A DNA stretch of 64,000 bases from Candidatus Latescibacterota bacterium (GTDB lineage: Bacteria; Krumholzibacteriota; Krumholzibacteriia; WVZY01), in NCBI GenBank assembly GCA_963791045.1, contig CAWBQK010000018.1, positions 1-64,000 of the forward strand, in the 5' to 3' direction. The position numbers were made by a program, and so were the translations under genes. The stretch's first letter is position 1. Each line of letters starts with the position of its first letter. Positions 31,420 to 42,645 of the stretch are shown one piece after another. Below the pieces are notes generated by a model. It was not told the origin of the DNA and ran no database searches. It saw only the letters and a program-made list of their open reading frames with translations.

Positions 31420-33837
31420 ATGGGAAGGCTCGCTTTACCAGCTGCGCTCTTCGCCGCCGTCCTTGTGGTTGTGGGGGCTTCTCCTGCTTCCGCCACCTGG
31501 GTGTACAACGGTGTACCCATGAGCTCGGCATCAAACTACCAAATGAACTCCGAAATCGTTTCAGACGGCGCCGATGGCGCAATCGTTGTCTGGGAGGATT
31601 GGTCGGGGGCTTCGGTGGACATCTACGCCCAGAAGGTCGATTCGTGGGGCGACATCCAATGGCCGGTAAATGGCATCGCCGTTTGCACGGCTCCGGGAAC
31701 ACAAATGCTTCCCAAGGTCTGCACCGACGGGGCCGGCGGTGCGATCATTGTTTGGCTCGATACGTCGGGTCTGGACTGGGACATCAAGGCGAGGAGAATT
31801 GACGCCAACGGCAATCCTCTCTGGGCGGCGACGGGCGCGACGGTGTGTGTTTCATTGGGCGTTCAACAAAACTATGATATTTGCTCCGATGGCGAGGGTG
31901 GTGTGGTCGTTATTTGGGAAGATTATCGAAACGGAAACGCGGACATTATGGCTCAGCGAATGCTCGCCGACGGTTCGACCGGTTGGGTTGCGACAGCCGT
32001 CGAGGTTTGTGTGGTGCCGGGAGAACAAACGTACCCGCAGATTATACAGGACGGCGAGGGTGGTTACATCGCGGCATGGAAAGATGTGCGAACGGCGGGG
32101 ATCGGTATTTACGGGCAGAGAATAACGTCGGACGGGACGATTTCCTGGGGATCGATGGGGGTTGCGTACTGCACGGTTCCCGCCACGGGACTTGGCTGGC
32201 CGCAGCTCATTTCCGACGGGTACCACGGTGCGATCGTCGTCTGGCACGATGAACGAACATCGGTCGATCAAAATATATACACACAGCGCGTGGACTATGA
32301 CGGAAACATGCTGTGGGGGCCCGACGGCACACTCGTATGTATCGCGACGGGGGATCAGCGTTACCCGGTCCTCACATCGGATGGCGACTACGGCGCCATT
32401 ATTACGTGGATGGATGCGAGCGGCGACTACGATGTATACGCTCAGCGCGTAAACGCGAACGGCGTTCCGAGATGGACGCACAACGGAAAGCCGGTGTGCA
32501 CCAAGGACGGGTATTCCAACCAGATTCAGATCACGACCGATGACGCGGGCGGCGCGATCATCGCCTGGCAGGACGCGCGGCTGAGTAGCCAGTATGATCT
32601 CTGGGCCCAGCGGATCGATCACGATGGTGATCCCGTGTGGCGTGTGGATGGCGTTATCGTGTGCGCGGACTATCCCGAGGACCAGACCCATCCGCGCATG
32701 ATCCCCGACACGAAAGGCGGAGCGCTCTTCTGCTGGGACGACGACCGGAACACTCCATATTACGATGTGTACGCGATGCGCGTCGAACGGGCGGGATACT
32801 ACGGGTATCCGTGTCCGAGAATCACGTCGGTTGAGGACGTCCCGGGCGACCAGGGTGGTTGGGTGGATGTCACGTGGTCAAGTTCGAGTCTCGATGAAGA
32901 CGGCGAGCCGGTGATTGACTATTCGGTATGGCGGAAACTGAAAAGCTACACGGTGTCGTCTCTGCTCGCCAGCGGGGCGAAAGGTGTGGACGAATGGGAG
33001 TTCGACAAAGCCGCCGCCGGACCGATCTACTTCTTTGAAGAAGTGGGAGGAACAACTTACGGATGGGAGTTCATGACGATGACTCCAGCATTCCAGCACA
33101 ATAGTTATACGTTGACGATTCCTACTCTGAACGACCTGTCACCCCAAAACATGGGTTATCACTATTTCAAAGTGATCGCACACACCGCCGAACCGACCAC
33201 ATTCTGGGAATCGCCGGAATTTCAGGGCAATTCGGTCGACAATATTTCGCCGCCCGAAACCTCCGGCCTTTCGGCCGAGCAGAGCATCAGCCCTGCCGGG
33301 TTGAAGCTCACGTGGAATTCGAGTACCGCCCCCGATCTTCTCTATTACAAGATCTACCGCGGAACACCGGCGGACTTGACAATGAATGTCGAAATCGTCC
33401 TGGCGACGACGCCGGACACCACGTACTTCGACGACTAGTGGCGTTGGGACGACATCTACTACTACAAGGTGGTTGGAGTCGATATCCACTATAACGAAGG
33501 CCCGCCCGTCTGGATAGGGAGGGAAGAGGTCATCGGCATCGACCCGCCCGATATTCCACTCACTACTTATATGGAGCAGAACTATCCCAACCCGTTCAAC
33601 CCTTCGACGACGATCAAGTTCGGGTTGAAATCTCCCACGGATGTCACGCTCCGTGTGTACGACGTCTCGGGACGGCTGGTGCGTGAGATTGTAAAAGAGA
33701 ATCGCCCCGCCGGTACGTACAAGGAGAGCTGGAACGGCAGGAACTACACGGGTAAAGAAGCGGCGAGCGGCGTGTATTTCTACAGGCTCAAAGCCGGCGA
33801 TTTCATTGAATCCAAAAAGATGATTTTAACCCGTTGA
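31420..33837 (+). CDS. Secreted repeat protein ('DGxGGAIIxWxDxR...DIYAQR' repeats) with FlgD-Ig/T9SS-type C-terminal domain; interrupted by in-frame TAG at 33436-33438
   Basis: Signal peptide and seven repeats. ORFs 31192-33438 and 33469-33837 are in the same frame and align with the downstream paralog across the stop. QNYPNPFNP...KKMILTR. Confidence 0.85.
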
Positions 33838-33864
33838 CGGTTGGACAAATGGAGGTGAATACAA

Positions 33865-36249
33865 ATGAAATTCAGAAGCATAAATAGAAGTAAAAACCAA
33901 TCGTCAGGGAGAGGATCAATCATGCGAAAGCAAATCATGAAGCTGGGCATCCTGGCCGCGCTCGTCGCGCTCAGCGCGATCGTCGTCGTGCCGGCAAGTC
34001 ACGCCGAGTGGGTGAAGGACGGAATCCCAATCGCCGTGTATGATGGCTACCAGGGTGACCAGGACGTTCTCGACGACGGCTTTGGAGGCGTGTTCATAGT
34101 CTGGCAAGACGCTCGCTTCGGCGATGACGATGTCTACGCACAGCGCGTCGACGCACTCGGCAACGAGCTGTGGACTCCCGGTGGTGTGAACGTCTCGGGA
34201 CCGCTTGCCGGCGAGCAGCGAGTGGCGCGGATGGTGGCGGATGTATCGGGCGGTTTCATCGTCGTATACGAAGACAACAACAGTGGAAACTATGACATCA
34301 AGGCACAGAATGTGGACGCCGGCGGCAATGTGCTGTGGACGCCCGGCGGTGTGACGCTCTGCTCCGAAACCGGCGATCAAAAAAATGTCGTCGTGGTATC
34401 CGACGGCGCCGGTGGGGTGATCGCTGTTTGGGAGGATTCCCGCTTCGGCGGCAAGGATGTTTACACACAGAGAGTCAACCATTCCGGGTTCGTTCAATGG
34501 GCGGCGAACGGTGTTGTCATTTGTGATGAGGCCAACGACCAGGGGGCTATCGCGGCGGTTACGAGCGGATCCGGAGGAGCATTGATTGCATGGCAGGATT
34601 TTCGCAGCGGCACGAACTTTGACGTTTACGCCCAGAGAGTCAACTCGAGCGGCGCGAGCCAATGGACAGCCGATGGCGTCGTCGTGTGCGACCAGGCGAA
34701 CAGCCAGTATTTGTGGACAATGGTGACAGACGAAGCGGATGGCGGAATCCTCGCGTGGACGGATTTGAGGAACGGAACCGACGACGATGTGTACGCACAG
34801 CGGATACTCGCGGACGGCAGTCTTGACTGGCCGGTCGCCGGTGTTGGCATTAACACGAGTTACGGCGATCAGTCGTACCCGGCCGCGGTGGCGGACGGCT
34901 CCGGAGGAGCCATAATCGCTTTCACCGCCTATGGCGGACTCAACGAGGACAACATCCGTGTGCAACGGCTGAACTCAAGCGGTTCGGCCTTGTGGTCTAC
35001 CGGTGGAAAAGAAATCTGCGGGATGGGTGGTGTCCAGGAGTTTGTGTCAATTATCCCCGCCGAGGACAGCGGCGCTTTTATCGCCTGGGAAGACGAGCGG
35101 TGGGGAAATGTCGATCTGTACATCCAGAAAGTGGACAGTCTGGGCGCCGCATCTTGGGTAAATGATGGTGTTCCAATAGTCCGCGCCGCGGACCTCCAGG
35201 TTAACATTCGTATGGCCGAAGCAAGCGACGGTGGGTGCATCGCCACGTGGATGGACAGAAGAAATGGATACTGGGATCAGTACTGCCAGCGCATAGACAA
35301 GTCGGGCGAGTGGGGTTACATGGCGCCGAAAAACCTTGTCATCAAAGACGTGCCCTACGATCAGGGTGGTTATGTGACCCTTACCTACGATGCCTCGATT
35401 CTCGACGCTTACCCGGGGACCGAGATCACGCAGTACGTAATTTATCGAAGTCTGACCGGTCCACCGTCGTACGCGTGGTCGGGTGTGGCGTCGTTTATCC
35501 CCACGTATCAGGAAACCTACACCTGGACTGAGGCGACGACGGCTGACTCGAGCGGGTCGGGGCCAGCGTACCATTACTACAAGGTTCGCGCGGGCACGGC
35601 GGATTGGGAATTTTATTGGGAGACGCTTCCCGACAGCGGCTACTCGGTGGACAACACGGTCCCGGCGGCGCCGTCGCCCGTTATCGGCGAACAAAAGATG
35701 GATCCGGGCGGGCTCGAGATCACATGGGCGGCCGGATCTGAGCCCGATCTGTCGCACTATGCCGTCTACAGGGGCACGAGCGAGGGTTTCGCCGCCACGC
35801 CCGATAACCGGATCGCGGTGCCGACCGAACCGCGTTATCTCGATAACGAATGGCAGTGGAGCAGCGGTTACTGTTACAAGATCGCAGCCGTGGATATCCA
35901 CGACAATCAAAGCGCATTCGCCGTTCTTCTTGCCGACGACGTGACCGGCGCCGACACGCCGGCCGTTCGTTACACCAATGGGCTCGAACAAAACGCGCCG
36001 AACCCGTTCAACCCGACAACTCGGATTACCTTCGAGATTGCCGACAGGGCGGATGTGTCGCTGAAGATATACGACGCACAGGGAAGGCTCGTCCGCGACG
36101 TCGTCAACCGGGCAATGGGACCGGGCCGCTATGAAGAAATGTGGGACGGCCGGGTTCACGATGGAAGTCCGGCTGCGAGCGGCGTGTATTTTTATAAATT
36201 GACCGCTGGATCGTTTATCGAAACCAAAAAGATGATCCTTCTCAAATAG
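33865..36249 (+). CDS. Paralogous secreted repeat protein with FlgD-Ig/T9SS-type C-terminal domain
   Basis: Same seven repeats, DVPYDQGG module, QNAPNPFNP...KKMILLK. Alternative start at 33922. Confidence 0.9.
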   Translation: MKFRSINRSKNQSSGRGSIMRKQIMKLGILAALVALSAIVVVPASHAEWVKDGIPIAVYDGYQGDQDVLDDGFGGVFIVWQDARFGDDDVYAQRVDALGNELWTPGGVNVSGPLAGEQRVARMVADVSGGFIVVYEDNNSGNYDIKAQNVDAGGNVLWTPGGVTLCSETGDQKNVVVVSDGAGGVIAVWEDSRFGGKDVYTQRVNHSGFVQWAANGVVICDEANDQGAIAAVTSGSGGALIAWQDFRSGTNFDVYAQRVNSSGASQWTADGVVVCDQANSQYLWTMVTDEADGGILAWTDLRNGTDDDVYAQRILADGSLDWPVAGVGINTSYGDQSYPAAVADGSGGAIIAFTAYGGLNEDNIRVQRLNSSGSALWSTGGKEICGMGGVQEFVSIIPAEDSGAFIAWEDERWGNVDLYIQKVDSLGAASWVNDGVPIVRAADLQVNIRMAEASDGGCIATWMDRRNGYWDQYCQRIDKSGEWGYMAPKNLVIKDVPYDQGGYVTLTYDASILDAYPGTEITQYVIYRSLTGPPSYAWSGVASFIPTYQETYTWTEATTADSSGSGPAYHYYKVRAGTADWEFYWETLPDSGYSVDNTVPAAPSPVIGEQKMDPGGLEITWAAGSEPDLSHYAVYRGTSEGFAATPDNRIAVPTEPRYLDNEWQWSSGYCYKIAAVDIHDNQSAFAVLLADDVTGADTPAVRYTNGLEQNAPNPFNPTTRITFEIADRADVSLKIYDAQGRLVRDVVNRAMGPGRYEEMWDGRVHDGSPAASGVYFYKLTAGSFIETKKMILLK

Positions 36250-36275
36250 TTTGAGGTTCTGCAGTGGGCTCGCGC

Positions 36276-36315
36276 AAAAACGCCCGGCGGCCGAGAAGTG
36301 GCTGCCGGGCGTTTT
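36276..36315 (+). terminator. Rho-independent terminator
   Basis: AAAAACGCCCGGCGGCC...GGCTGCCGGGCGTTTT. Confidence 0.8.
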
Positions 36316-36395
36316 CCTGCTATTTTGATTCTGATGATATCTTGATATGGTATACTACCGGCGCGACCCCACGCACCCCAATCGGAGGAATCGGT

Positions 36396-37454
36396 ATGTT
36401 GTTTCGATCACTGCTATTGGCAGGTTTCGTACTTCTTTTGTTCGCTCCCGTGCGCGCACAGGTCGATGGCCCCGTCGGAGCCGAGCTTGGCGATCTCGAG
36501 GAACTCTTCATAAAACCGTTTGGTGTCCGCAATCAGGGTATGGGTTGGGGTGGGGTGGCCGATGGAACGGTTGCTGCAAACTTTTACTACAATCCCGCTA
36601 ACCTGTTGTCTCACCGTGGGTTCGAGCTTGCTTTCGAAACCCAGAACTGGATGGATGAGCTCGATTTTTACAACGGCGGCGCGGCGGCGAGATTCAAGAT
36701 CGGTAAAAGCGAAACACGGAAGTACCACATCTCAACGGCGATATGGAACGGGCGGCAAAAGAACGTCTACCATAGCATGGGCGAAACGATTGAAACGACA
36801 AACTGGTATCTGAATTGCGCCCTGGCGTTCGGAATGCAAACCGAACGTTTCGAAATTGGTGTCGGCGCCGCCGTCAAGCCGGCGTTTGTGGAGTTCGAGT
36901 CCTTCGATCAGGACGCCACAGCGTGGGCGTTCGATGTCGGTTTCAAACTTGGTGGTCTTCTGATGGACAAGAGAGGGCACAAGCTTGCGGGATATGGCGG
37001 GGCCAGCATCCTCAACTTTGGTAGCGACGCCGAGTCGCAAGACGCGATGTCCGAGCTTCCGACCGACATACGCGCGGGCGTGTCGTTCCGTTACAGCTCG
37101 CCGCCGACGAGCACACGCGCGCAGACAATGATCTCCGCTCTCACCATCACAATGAATGCCGAAATCGTCGACCGGTCGCTTCGGCGCGAGATCGACATGT
37201 CGAGCGGTGCGAAGAGCCCGCCGATGGGATCGATGATTGGCGCCGAGTTGTGTTTTTACAATGTTTTCAATTTTCGTTACGGTTACATGGACGATGGCAT
37301 CGGCAGCGGAATCAATTCCGAGACTTACGGCGCCGGGTTGCAGTTCTCCAGCGAAAAGTTTGAGGCGGCCCTGGATATTTCTCACCTTCCGGAACTCTAT
37401 TCGGGTGGTTCCGGCGTGACATCGACGGGGTTCAGTTTGGCCTGGTTCTTCTAG
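36396..37454 (+). CDS. PorV/PorQ-like (FadL-type) outer-membrane barrel
   Basis: Signal peptide, N-terminal 'I.P.GVR..GMG...VA......YYNPA.L' signature, AFDVG, FRYGY, terminal FF. Confidence 0.75.
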   Translation: MLFRSLLLAGFVLLLFAPVRAQVDGPVGAELGDLEELFIKPFGVRNQGMGWGGVADGTVAANFYYNPANLLSHRGFELAFETQNWMDELDFYNGGAAARFKIGKSETRKYHISTAIWNGRQKNVYHSMGETIETTNWYLNCALAFGMQTERFEIGVGAAVKPAFVEFESFDQDATAWAFDVGFKLGGLLMDKRGHKLAGYGGASILNFGSDAESQDAMSELPTDIRAGVSFRYSSPPTSTRAQTMISALTITMNAEIVDRSLRREIDMSSGAKSPPMGSMIGAELCFYNVFNFRYGYMDDGIGSGINSETYGAGLQFSSEKFEAALDISHLPELYSGGSGVTSTGFSLAWFF

Positions 37455-37566
37455 GGGATTGTCTCGGCCGGGCACGCGGGACTCTTACGAGTAGTCTACG
37501 AAAAGAGCGGGGGGCGCTTTGCGCTCCCCTATATTATATAGTCACGAATTTTCAAAGAGAGTAACC

Positions 37567-39075
37567 ATGCTTTCCAAAAGATATCTCATCCCAATCATTG
37601 CGCTGGTTCTTCTCGCCGCCAGCGGCCCCGAGGTCTTTGGTGGGGAAAGATCGCGGCGGCACGCGCGTGAACTCGATCGCTACATGACGAGGCTCAACGA
37701 GATCGAGCGGCTCAACGGCGCCGTTCTCGTTGTCGAAGATGGCGGGGTCATTTACAAAAAGGCGTTTGGTTTTGCGGATTTTGAATGGAAGACACTGAAT
37801 ACGACGGACACGAGTTTCCGTGTCGGGTCGATTACGAAGACCTTCACAGCCGTCCTCACAATGCAGCTCGTGGAGGAGGGAAAGATCGATCTCGACGGTG
37901 TTATAAATGATTATCTCCCTGACTATCCGCCCAAACAGGGGGGTAAGGTCAAGATCCGCCATCTCGTCACGCATATGTCGGGGATTCCGAATTACGTGAG
38001 GGATATTCCCGAAATGCGCGGCGAAAATGCTCCCTGGTGGACCACCACGTATGAGCCCGGCGAGTTTATCGATTGTTTCTCGACACAGGAGTTGAGATTC
38101 GAACCGGGGACGAAGTTCGAATACTGCAATTCGGGTTTCTACCTTCTCGGGGTCATTATCGAAAAGGTGACCGGCAAAACATACGCAGAACTCCTCGATG
38201 AAAGAATACTGACACCGCTCGAAATGTCCGGAACCGGATATTGGGATATGCGGATGATTGTTCCTAAAAGGGCGAAGGGTCACTATCAGAGTCTCGAGGG
38301 GTACCAGAACGGCAGATACGTAAGTCAGACGGTGATGTTCTCCGCGGGCGGGATGTGTTCGACGGTCGAAGACCTCTACCGATACGATCGGGCGCTCTAC
38401 ACCGATATCCTGTTATCCGAAGAATCGCGGGCATTGATGTTTTCGCAGCACCATCGAAACAAGAAGACCGGACGCGGTTACGGCCTTGGCTGGTTTGTGG
38501 GTGCGCTAGACGTGCCTGGGTTGGACAGAAAATTGCCGTATGTCGGGCACGCGGGTGACGGGCCGGGGTTCTTTGGTTACATGATGCGGTTCGTGGAGGA
38601 TGACGACATGGTCGTGTTTCTCACCAACACGAATGGACTCAATATGAACAACTCCGCGGATATCGTTGCGTCGGTTGTTTCCATCCTCAACGACATACCG
38701 ATTGATACACCAAAACAGTCGATTATGCGCGTACTTTACAAAACGATAGATGAGGACGGTATCGAAGCGGCGGTGTCCCAGTACCACGATCTCAAAAAAC
38801 ACCACGCCGGTTTGTACTTGTTCGACGAGTCCGAATTGAATCGGTTGGGATATTCGTTTCTTGGGGACGGCCGGTTTGATGTCGCGATAGAAATATTCAA
38901 ATTGAACGTGGAGGCGTATCCTGAATCCGCAAACGCCTACGACAGTCTTGGTGAGGCATACATGAAGAGCGGCGAGAAATCGCTCGCGATCGACAACTAC
39001 AGAAAATCCCTCGAACTCGACCCTGACAGTGAAAACGCGGTCAAGATGCTCGAACGTCTCGAGGCCGGTGATTAG
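37567..39075 (+). CDS. Serine hydrolase (beta-lactamase/peptidase S12 family) with C-terminal TPR
   Basis: SxxK (GSITK), YxN (YCN), HAG; TPR AYDSLGEAY...NYRKSLELDP. Confidence 0.92.
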   Translation: MLSKRYLIPIIALVLLAASGPEVFGGERSRRHARELDRYMTRLNEIERLNGAVLVVEDGGVIYKKAFGFADFEWKTLNTTDTSFRVGSITKTFTAVLTMQLVEEGKIDLDGVINDYLPDYPPKQGGKVKIRHLVTHMSGIPNYVRDIPEMRGENAPWWTTTYEPGEFIDCFSTQELRFEPGTKFEYCNSGFYLLGVIIEKVTGKTYAELLDERILTPLEMSGTGYWDMRMIVPKRAKGHYQSLEGYQNGRYVSQTVMFSAGGMCSTVEDLYRYDRALYTDILLSEESRALMFSQHHRNKKTGRGYGLGWFVGALDVPGLDRKLPYVGHAGDGPGFFGYMMRFVEDDDMVVFLTNTNGLNMNNSADIVASVVSILNDIPIDTPKQSIMRVLYKTIDEDGIEAAVSQYHDLKKHHAGLYLFDESELNRLGYSFLGDGRFDVAIEIFKLNVEAYPESANAYDSLGEAYMKSGEKSLAIDNYRKSLELDPDSENAVKMLERLEAGD

Positions 39076-39205
39076 TGCCGCGGGGGGCGTTTGAACTCCG
39101 TTGCATATTGTTGAGCAATGACTTAGAATGAGCGCTTAACGATACTGGGAGCGGATAACCAGTTCGAATACCCCACCAGATTTCAATCCTCAGAAGGAGC
39201 ACCTG

Positions 39206-40991
39206 ATGGACAAACGTGTATTCTTTGCCGTGTTTGCCTGTATAACCATGGCGCTTGCCGTCGCGACGCCGGTGAATGCGCAAAATATCGACGCCAAGGA
39301 GTACCGGCTCGACAACGGCATGCAGGTTTTGATGGTCGAACGCCACGAGGCGCCGACGATCATGGCCTCGATATTCGCCAGGGTCGGTTCGGCAAACGAA
39401 ACAACGGGGATTACCGGAATCTCCCACCTGTTCGAACACATGATGTTCAAGGGAACCGCAACAATCGGCACCAAGGATAGCAAACGCGACCGCGAAATCA
39501 TGGCCGAACTCGACTCGCTCAGGGTGCTCATGCGCGCCGAAGAGAGGATCATGCGCGAGAAACTCCGGCGCGGCGAGATCGACGACATGCTCGATCCGGA
39601 AGCGAAGACGGATCGCTACCGCGAACTCGACAAGGTATTCGACGCGTTGATCGACGAACAACATGAATTGATCATCAAAGATCAGCTCGACGAAATCTAC
39701 ACGAAGAACGGCGGGTTTTTCCTCAACGCGTTCACATCGGACGATATGACCGGGTATTTTATCCGGCTTCCAAAAAACAAAATCGAATTATATATGTGGC
39801 TCGAATCGGATCGTTTCGGCGGCCCCGTCTTCCGCGAATTCTATTCCGAGAGGGATGTTGTGCGCGAGGAACGCCGGTTGGGCGTGGATTCGACGCCGAC
39901 GGGACTGTATCGAGGAGGATTTCCGGGCGATGTTCTGGAAATCGTCGTCGTATCACTGGGATGTGATTGGCTGGTCGTCCGATTTGGGGAGCATTACCCG
40001 TGAGCAGGCCAACCAGTACTTCGGCACGTACTACGCCCCGAACAATCTCACCATGATCCTTGTCGGCGACCTCGAACCCGACAAGATGATAAAACTAGTA
40101 AAGAAATACTTCGAACGTATCCCGCGCGGAACGACCGAGCCGCCCGACGTGGTCACTCTCGAAGAGAAGCAGTACGGTGAAAAACGTTTGATCGCCGAGG
40201 CGGAGACGTCTCCGCAGGCGGAAATCTGGTATCACACCGTGGCCTGGAAACACGCGGACAGCTACGCTCTCCAGGTGCTGGCCGGAGTCATGAACGGCAA
40301 GACGGGCCGTTTGTTCAAGAAGCTCGTCGAGGAAAAAGAAATCGCCAAGAGCACGGGACCCGGCGGGATGCGAATGTTTGGGGGCAGCGATCTTGCGGTC
40401 AACGCTTCCCAAGAATCCATGAAGTACGCCGGCGCTTTTCAGTTGAGCGCCGAGGGTGTTTCCGGCGTTCGTGCCGAGCAACTTGAAGAAGCCATATACG
40501 AGGTTATGGATGATCTCAAGACCAACCCCGTCTCCGACGAAGAACTCCAGAAAGTGAAAAACCAGCTTCGAGTGGAGTCGATACGTTTTATGGACATCAT
40601 GTCGGGGATCGGTGTCTTGTTCTATCTCGGGCAGCACGCTGCGTTGGGCGACTGGACGGAGGCGAACAATAACCCCGAAATGTGCGATCGTGTAACGGCG
40701 GAGGATGTCCAGCGCGTCGCCAATGCTTACTTTGCCAACGATCAGCGAAACGTTTTGATTATCAATCCCAAGAGCGACGGGGAAGGAGAAGAGCCGGTTG
40801 ATCCACGATATGCTCAGGCGCTCCAGATGATCGAATCGATAGACGATCCCGCCCAGATGGAACAAATGATCGGTATGTTCTCCTCTCGAATTGACCAGGT
40901 CGAGGATCCCGAGCAAAAGGCACGGATGGAAAAACTGCTCGAGATCGCCAATGAACGACTAAAGAAACTCAAGGCCGCCGAGAAAAACTAA
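39206..40991 (+). CDS. M16 (pitrilysin/insulinase) peptidase, catalytic subunit; +1 frameshift near 39908
   Basis: HLFEH (HxxEH), NAFTS, ERDVVREERR; continues in ORF 39855-40991 (VIGW, YYAPNN). Confidence 0.9.
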
Positions 40992-41006
40992 GAAGGAGAA
41001 TTACAA

Positions 41007-42515
41007 ATGAAAAAGTTTTTTGCAAAGCGGTTTTCCATTTCGGCTGTTTTTGTGACGGCCGTAGCGGTGGCCGCGGTTCTGGTCGTATCGTCAGCCGCAT
41101 GGGCGGGGAAGATTGTCGACCACCCCGACAAGCTCAAATACAAAGAGTTGAAATATCAGCCGCCGAAGCCGGACGGATACCGGCACACACTCGAGTGCGG
41201 CGCCGTGGCCTATATCGCGGAGAACTCCGAAGTCCCCACCTTTGACCTCACGGTGCTGATCCGCACCGGTTCGATGTACGAACCTGTAGACAAGGCGGGT
41301 CTGGCCGATATGACCGCTCGTCTGATGCGAGAAGGCGGCGTCGAGGGAATGACGGCCAAGGAGCTTGACGAGAAACTCGCATTCCTGGCCGGCGATATCT
41401 CGATCACGATTGACGGATCGCGGGGCGCGGCCACTCTCTTTTGCCTGTCAAAAGACATGGACGAGGGTCTCGATCTTTTTAAAAAGGTGTTGCGGTCGCC
41501 GGCCTTCGATGACGAAGCGCTCAAACGCTACCGCACCGACGTGCTGTCGGAGCTCGAGCAGCGGAATTCGAGCACATCCTCGATAGAGTCCCGCGAGTGG
41601 CAGTTTCTCATGTACGGTGCCCACCCCTGTACGATGCCGTACCGCCGCACCGGAGAGACAGTCAACTCGATCACGCGCGAGGACATGGTCAATTTTCACA
41701 AAACCTACTTTTTCCCGAAGAACTTCATTTTTGCCGTGTCCGGTGATTTCAAAACGGATGACGTGCTGAAGAAGCTCAATGGTTTGCTCGCCGGTTGGCC
41801 GGATCAGCCGCTCGACCTCGCGGTGGTCCCGGCCGAGATCCCCGACCCAAAACCCGGTGTCTATATGATTGCGAAAGAGGATGTTAATCAGTCGCGTATC
41901 CGCCTGGGGCATATCGGCGTCACGAGGGATATTCCCGACCAGTACGCGCTTATGGTAATGAATGACATACTCGGCGGCGGCGGGTTCACCTCACGGATCG
42001 TACGCCGTGTGCGGTCGGACGAGGGTCTTGCCTACAGCGCGGGAAGCCGTTTTGACCGGCCCGTCTTGTACCAGGGAACATTCCGTTCCTGGTTCCAGAC
42101 CAAGCATGCGACGGCGGCGTTCGGCACCAGGTTGATCGTCGATGAAATCGACCGTATCCGCACCGAAAAATGCGATGAAGAAATTGTCGAAAACGCCAAG
42201 GCGAGCTTTATCAGCAATGTCGTCAATCCGTTCAGCAGCACGAAGAACATCGTCGGCACGTTTGCGAGCGATGACTTCACGGGACGGCCGGACGACTACT
42301 GGCAGCAGTACACAAAGAACATGGGTGCGGTAACCCCCGACGATGTTCTTGCCGTGGCGAAGAAATATCTTCACCCCGACAAACTCGTGTTCCTTGTTGT
42401 CGGCGACCCGGAGGCGGTCAAGATGGGTTCTGACAAGCAGGACGACCGTTTTACCGATTTTGGTGAAATCACCATTTTGCCCCTGCGTGACCCGATGACT
42501 CTCAAGGCCGAGTAA
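41007..42515 (+). CDS. M16 peptidase, non-catalytic partner subunit
   Basis: No HxxEH; ILGGGGFTSRI..RVRSDEGLAY motif. Confidence 0.9.
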   Translation: MKKFFAKRFSISAVFVTAVAVAAVLVVSSAAWAGKIVDHPDKLKYKELKYQPPKPDGYRHTLECGAVAYIAENSEVPTFDLTVLIRTGSMYEPVDKAGLADMTARLMREGGVEGMTAKELDEKLAFLAGDISITIDGSRGAATLFCLSKDMDEGLDLFKKVLRSPAFDDEALKRYRTDVLSELEQRNSSTSSIESREWQFLMYGAHPCTMPYRRTGETVNSITREDMVNFHKTYFFPKNFIFAVSGDFKTDDVLKKLNGLLAGWPDQPLDLAVVPAEIPDPKPGVYMIAKEDVNQSRIRLGHIGVTRDIPDQYALMVMNDILGGGGFTSRIVRRVRSDEGLAYSAGSRFDRPVLYQGTFRSWFQTKHATAAFGTRLIVDEIDRIRTEKCDEEIVENAKASFISNVVNPFSSTKNIVGTFASDDFTGRPDDYWQQYTKNMGAVTPDDVLAVAKKYLHPDKLVFLVVGDPEAVKMGSDKQDDRFTDFGEITILPLRDPMTLKAE

Positions 42516-42645
42516 CGACTCTGTTGCAAGCCAAACACTTAGTAAAATCCCCGTTATGGGGCTTTTGCTTTGTCCGGGGACGGTGTATCGTTGCTCCCGT
42601 CGGCAAAGTGCTTGCCGCACGCCTTGTTCACCCAGGGAGAAATTG

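Noticed and set aside
37567-39075. True beta-lactamase resistance gene
   Set aside because: The motifs and TPR fusion fit general S12 serine hydrolases; substrate cannot be inferred.
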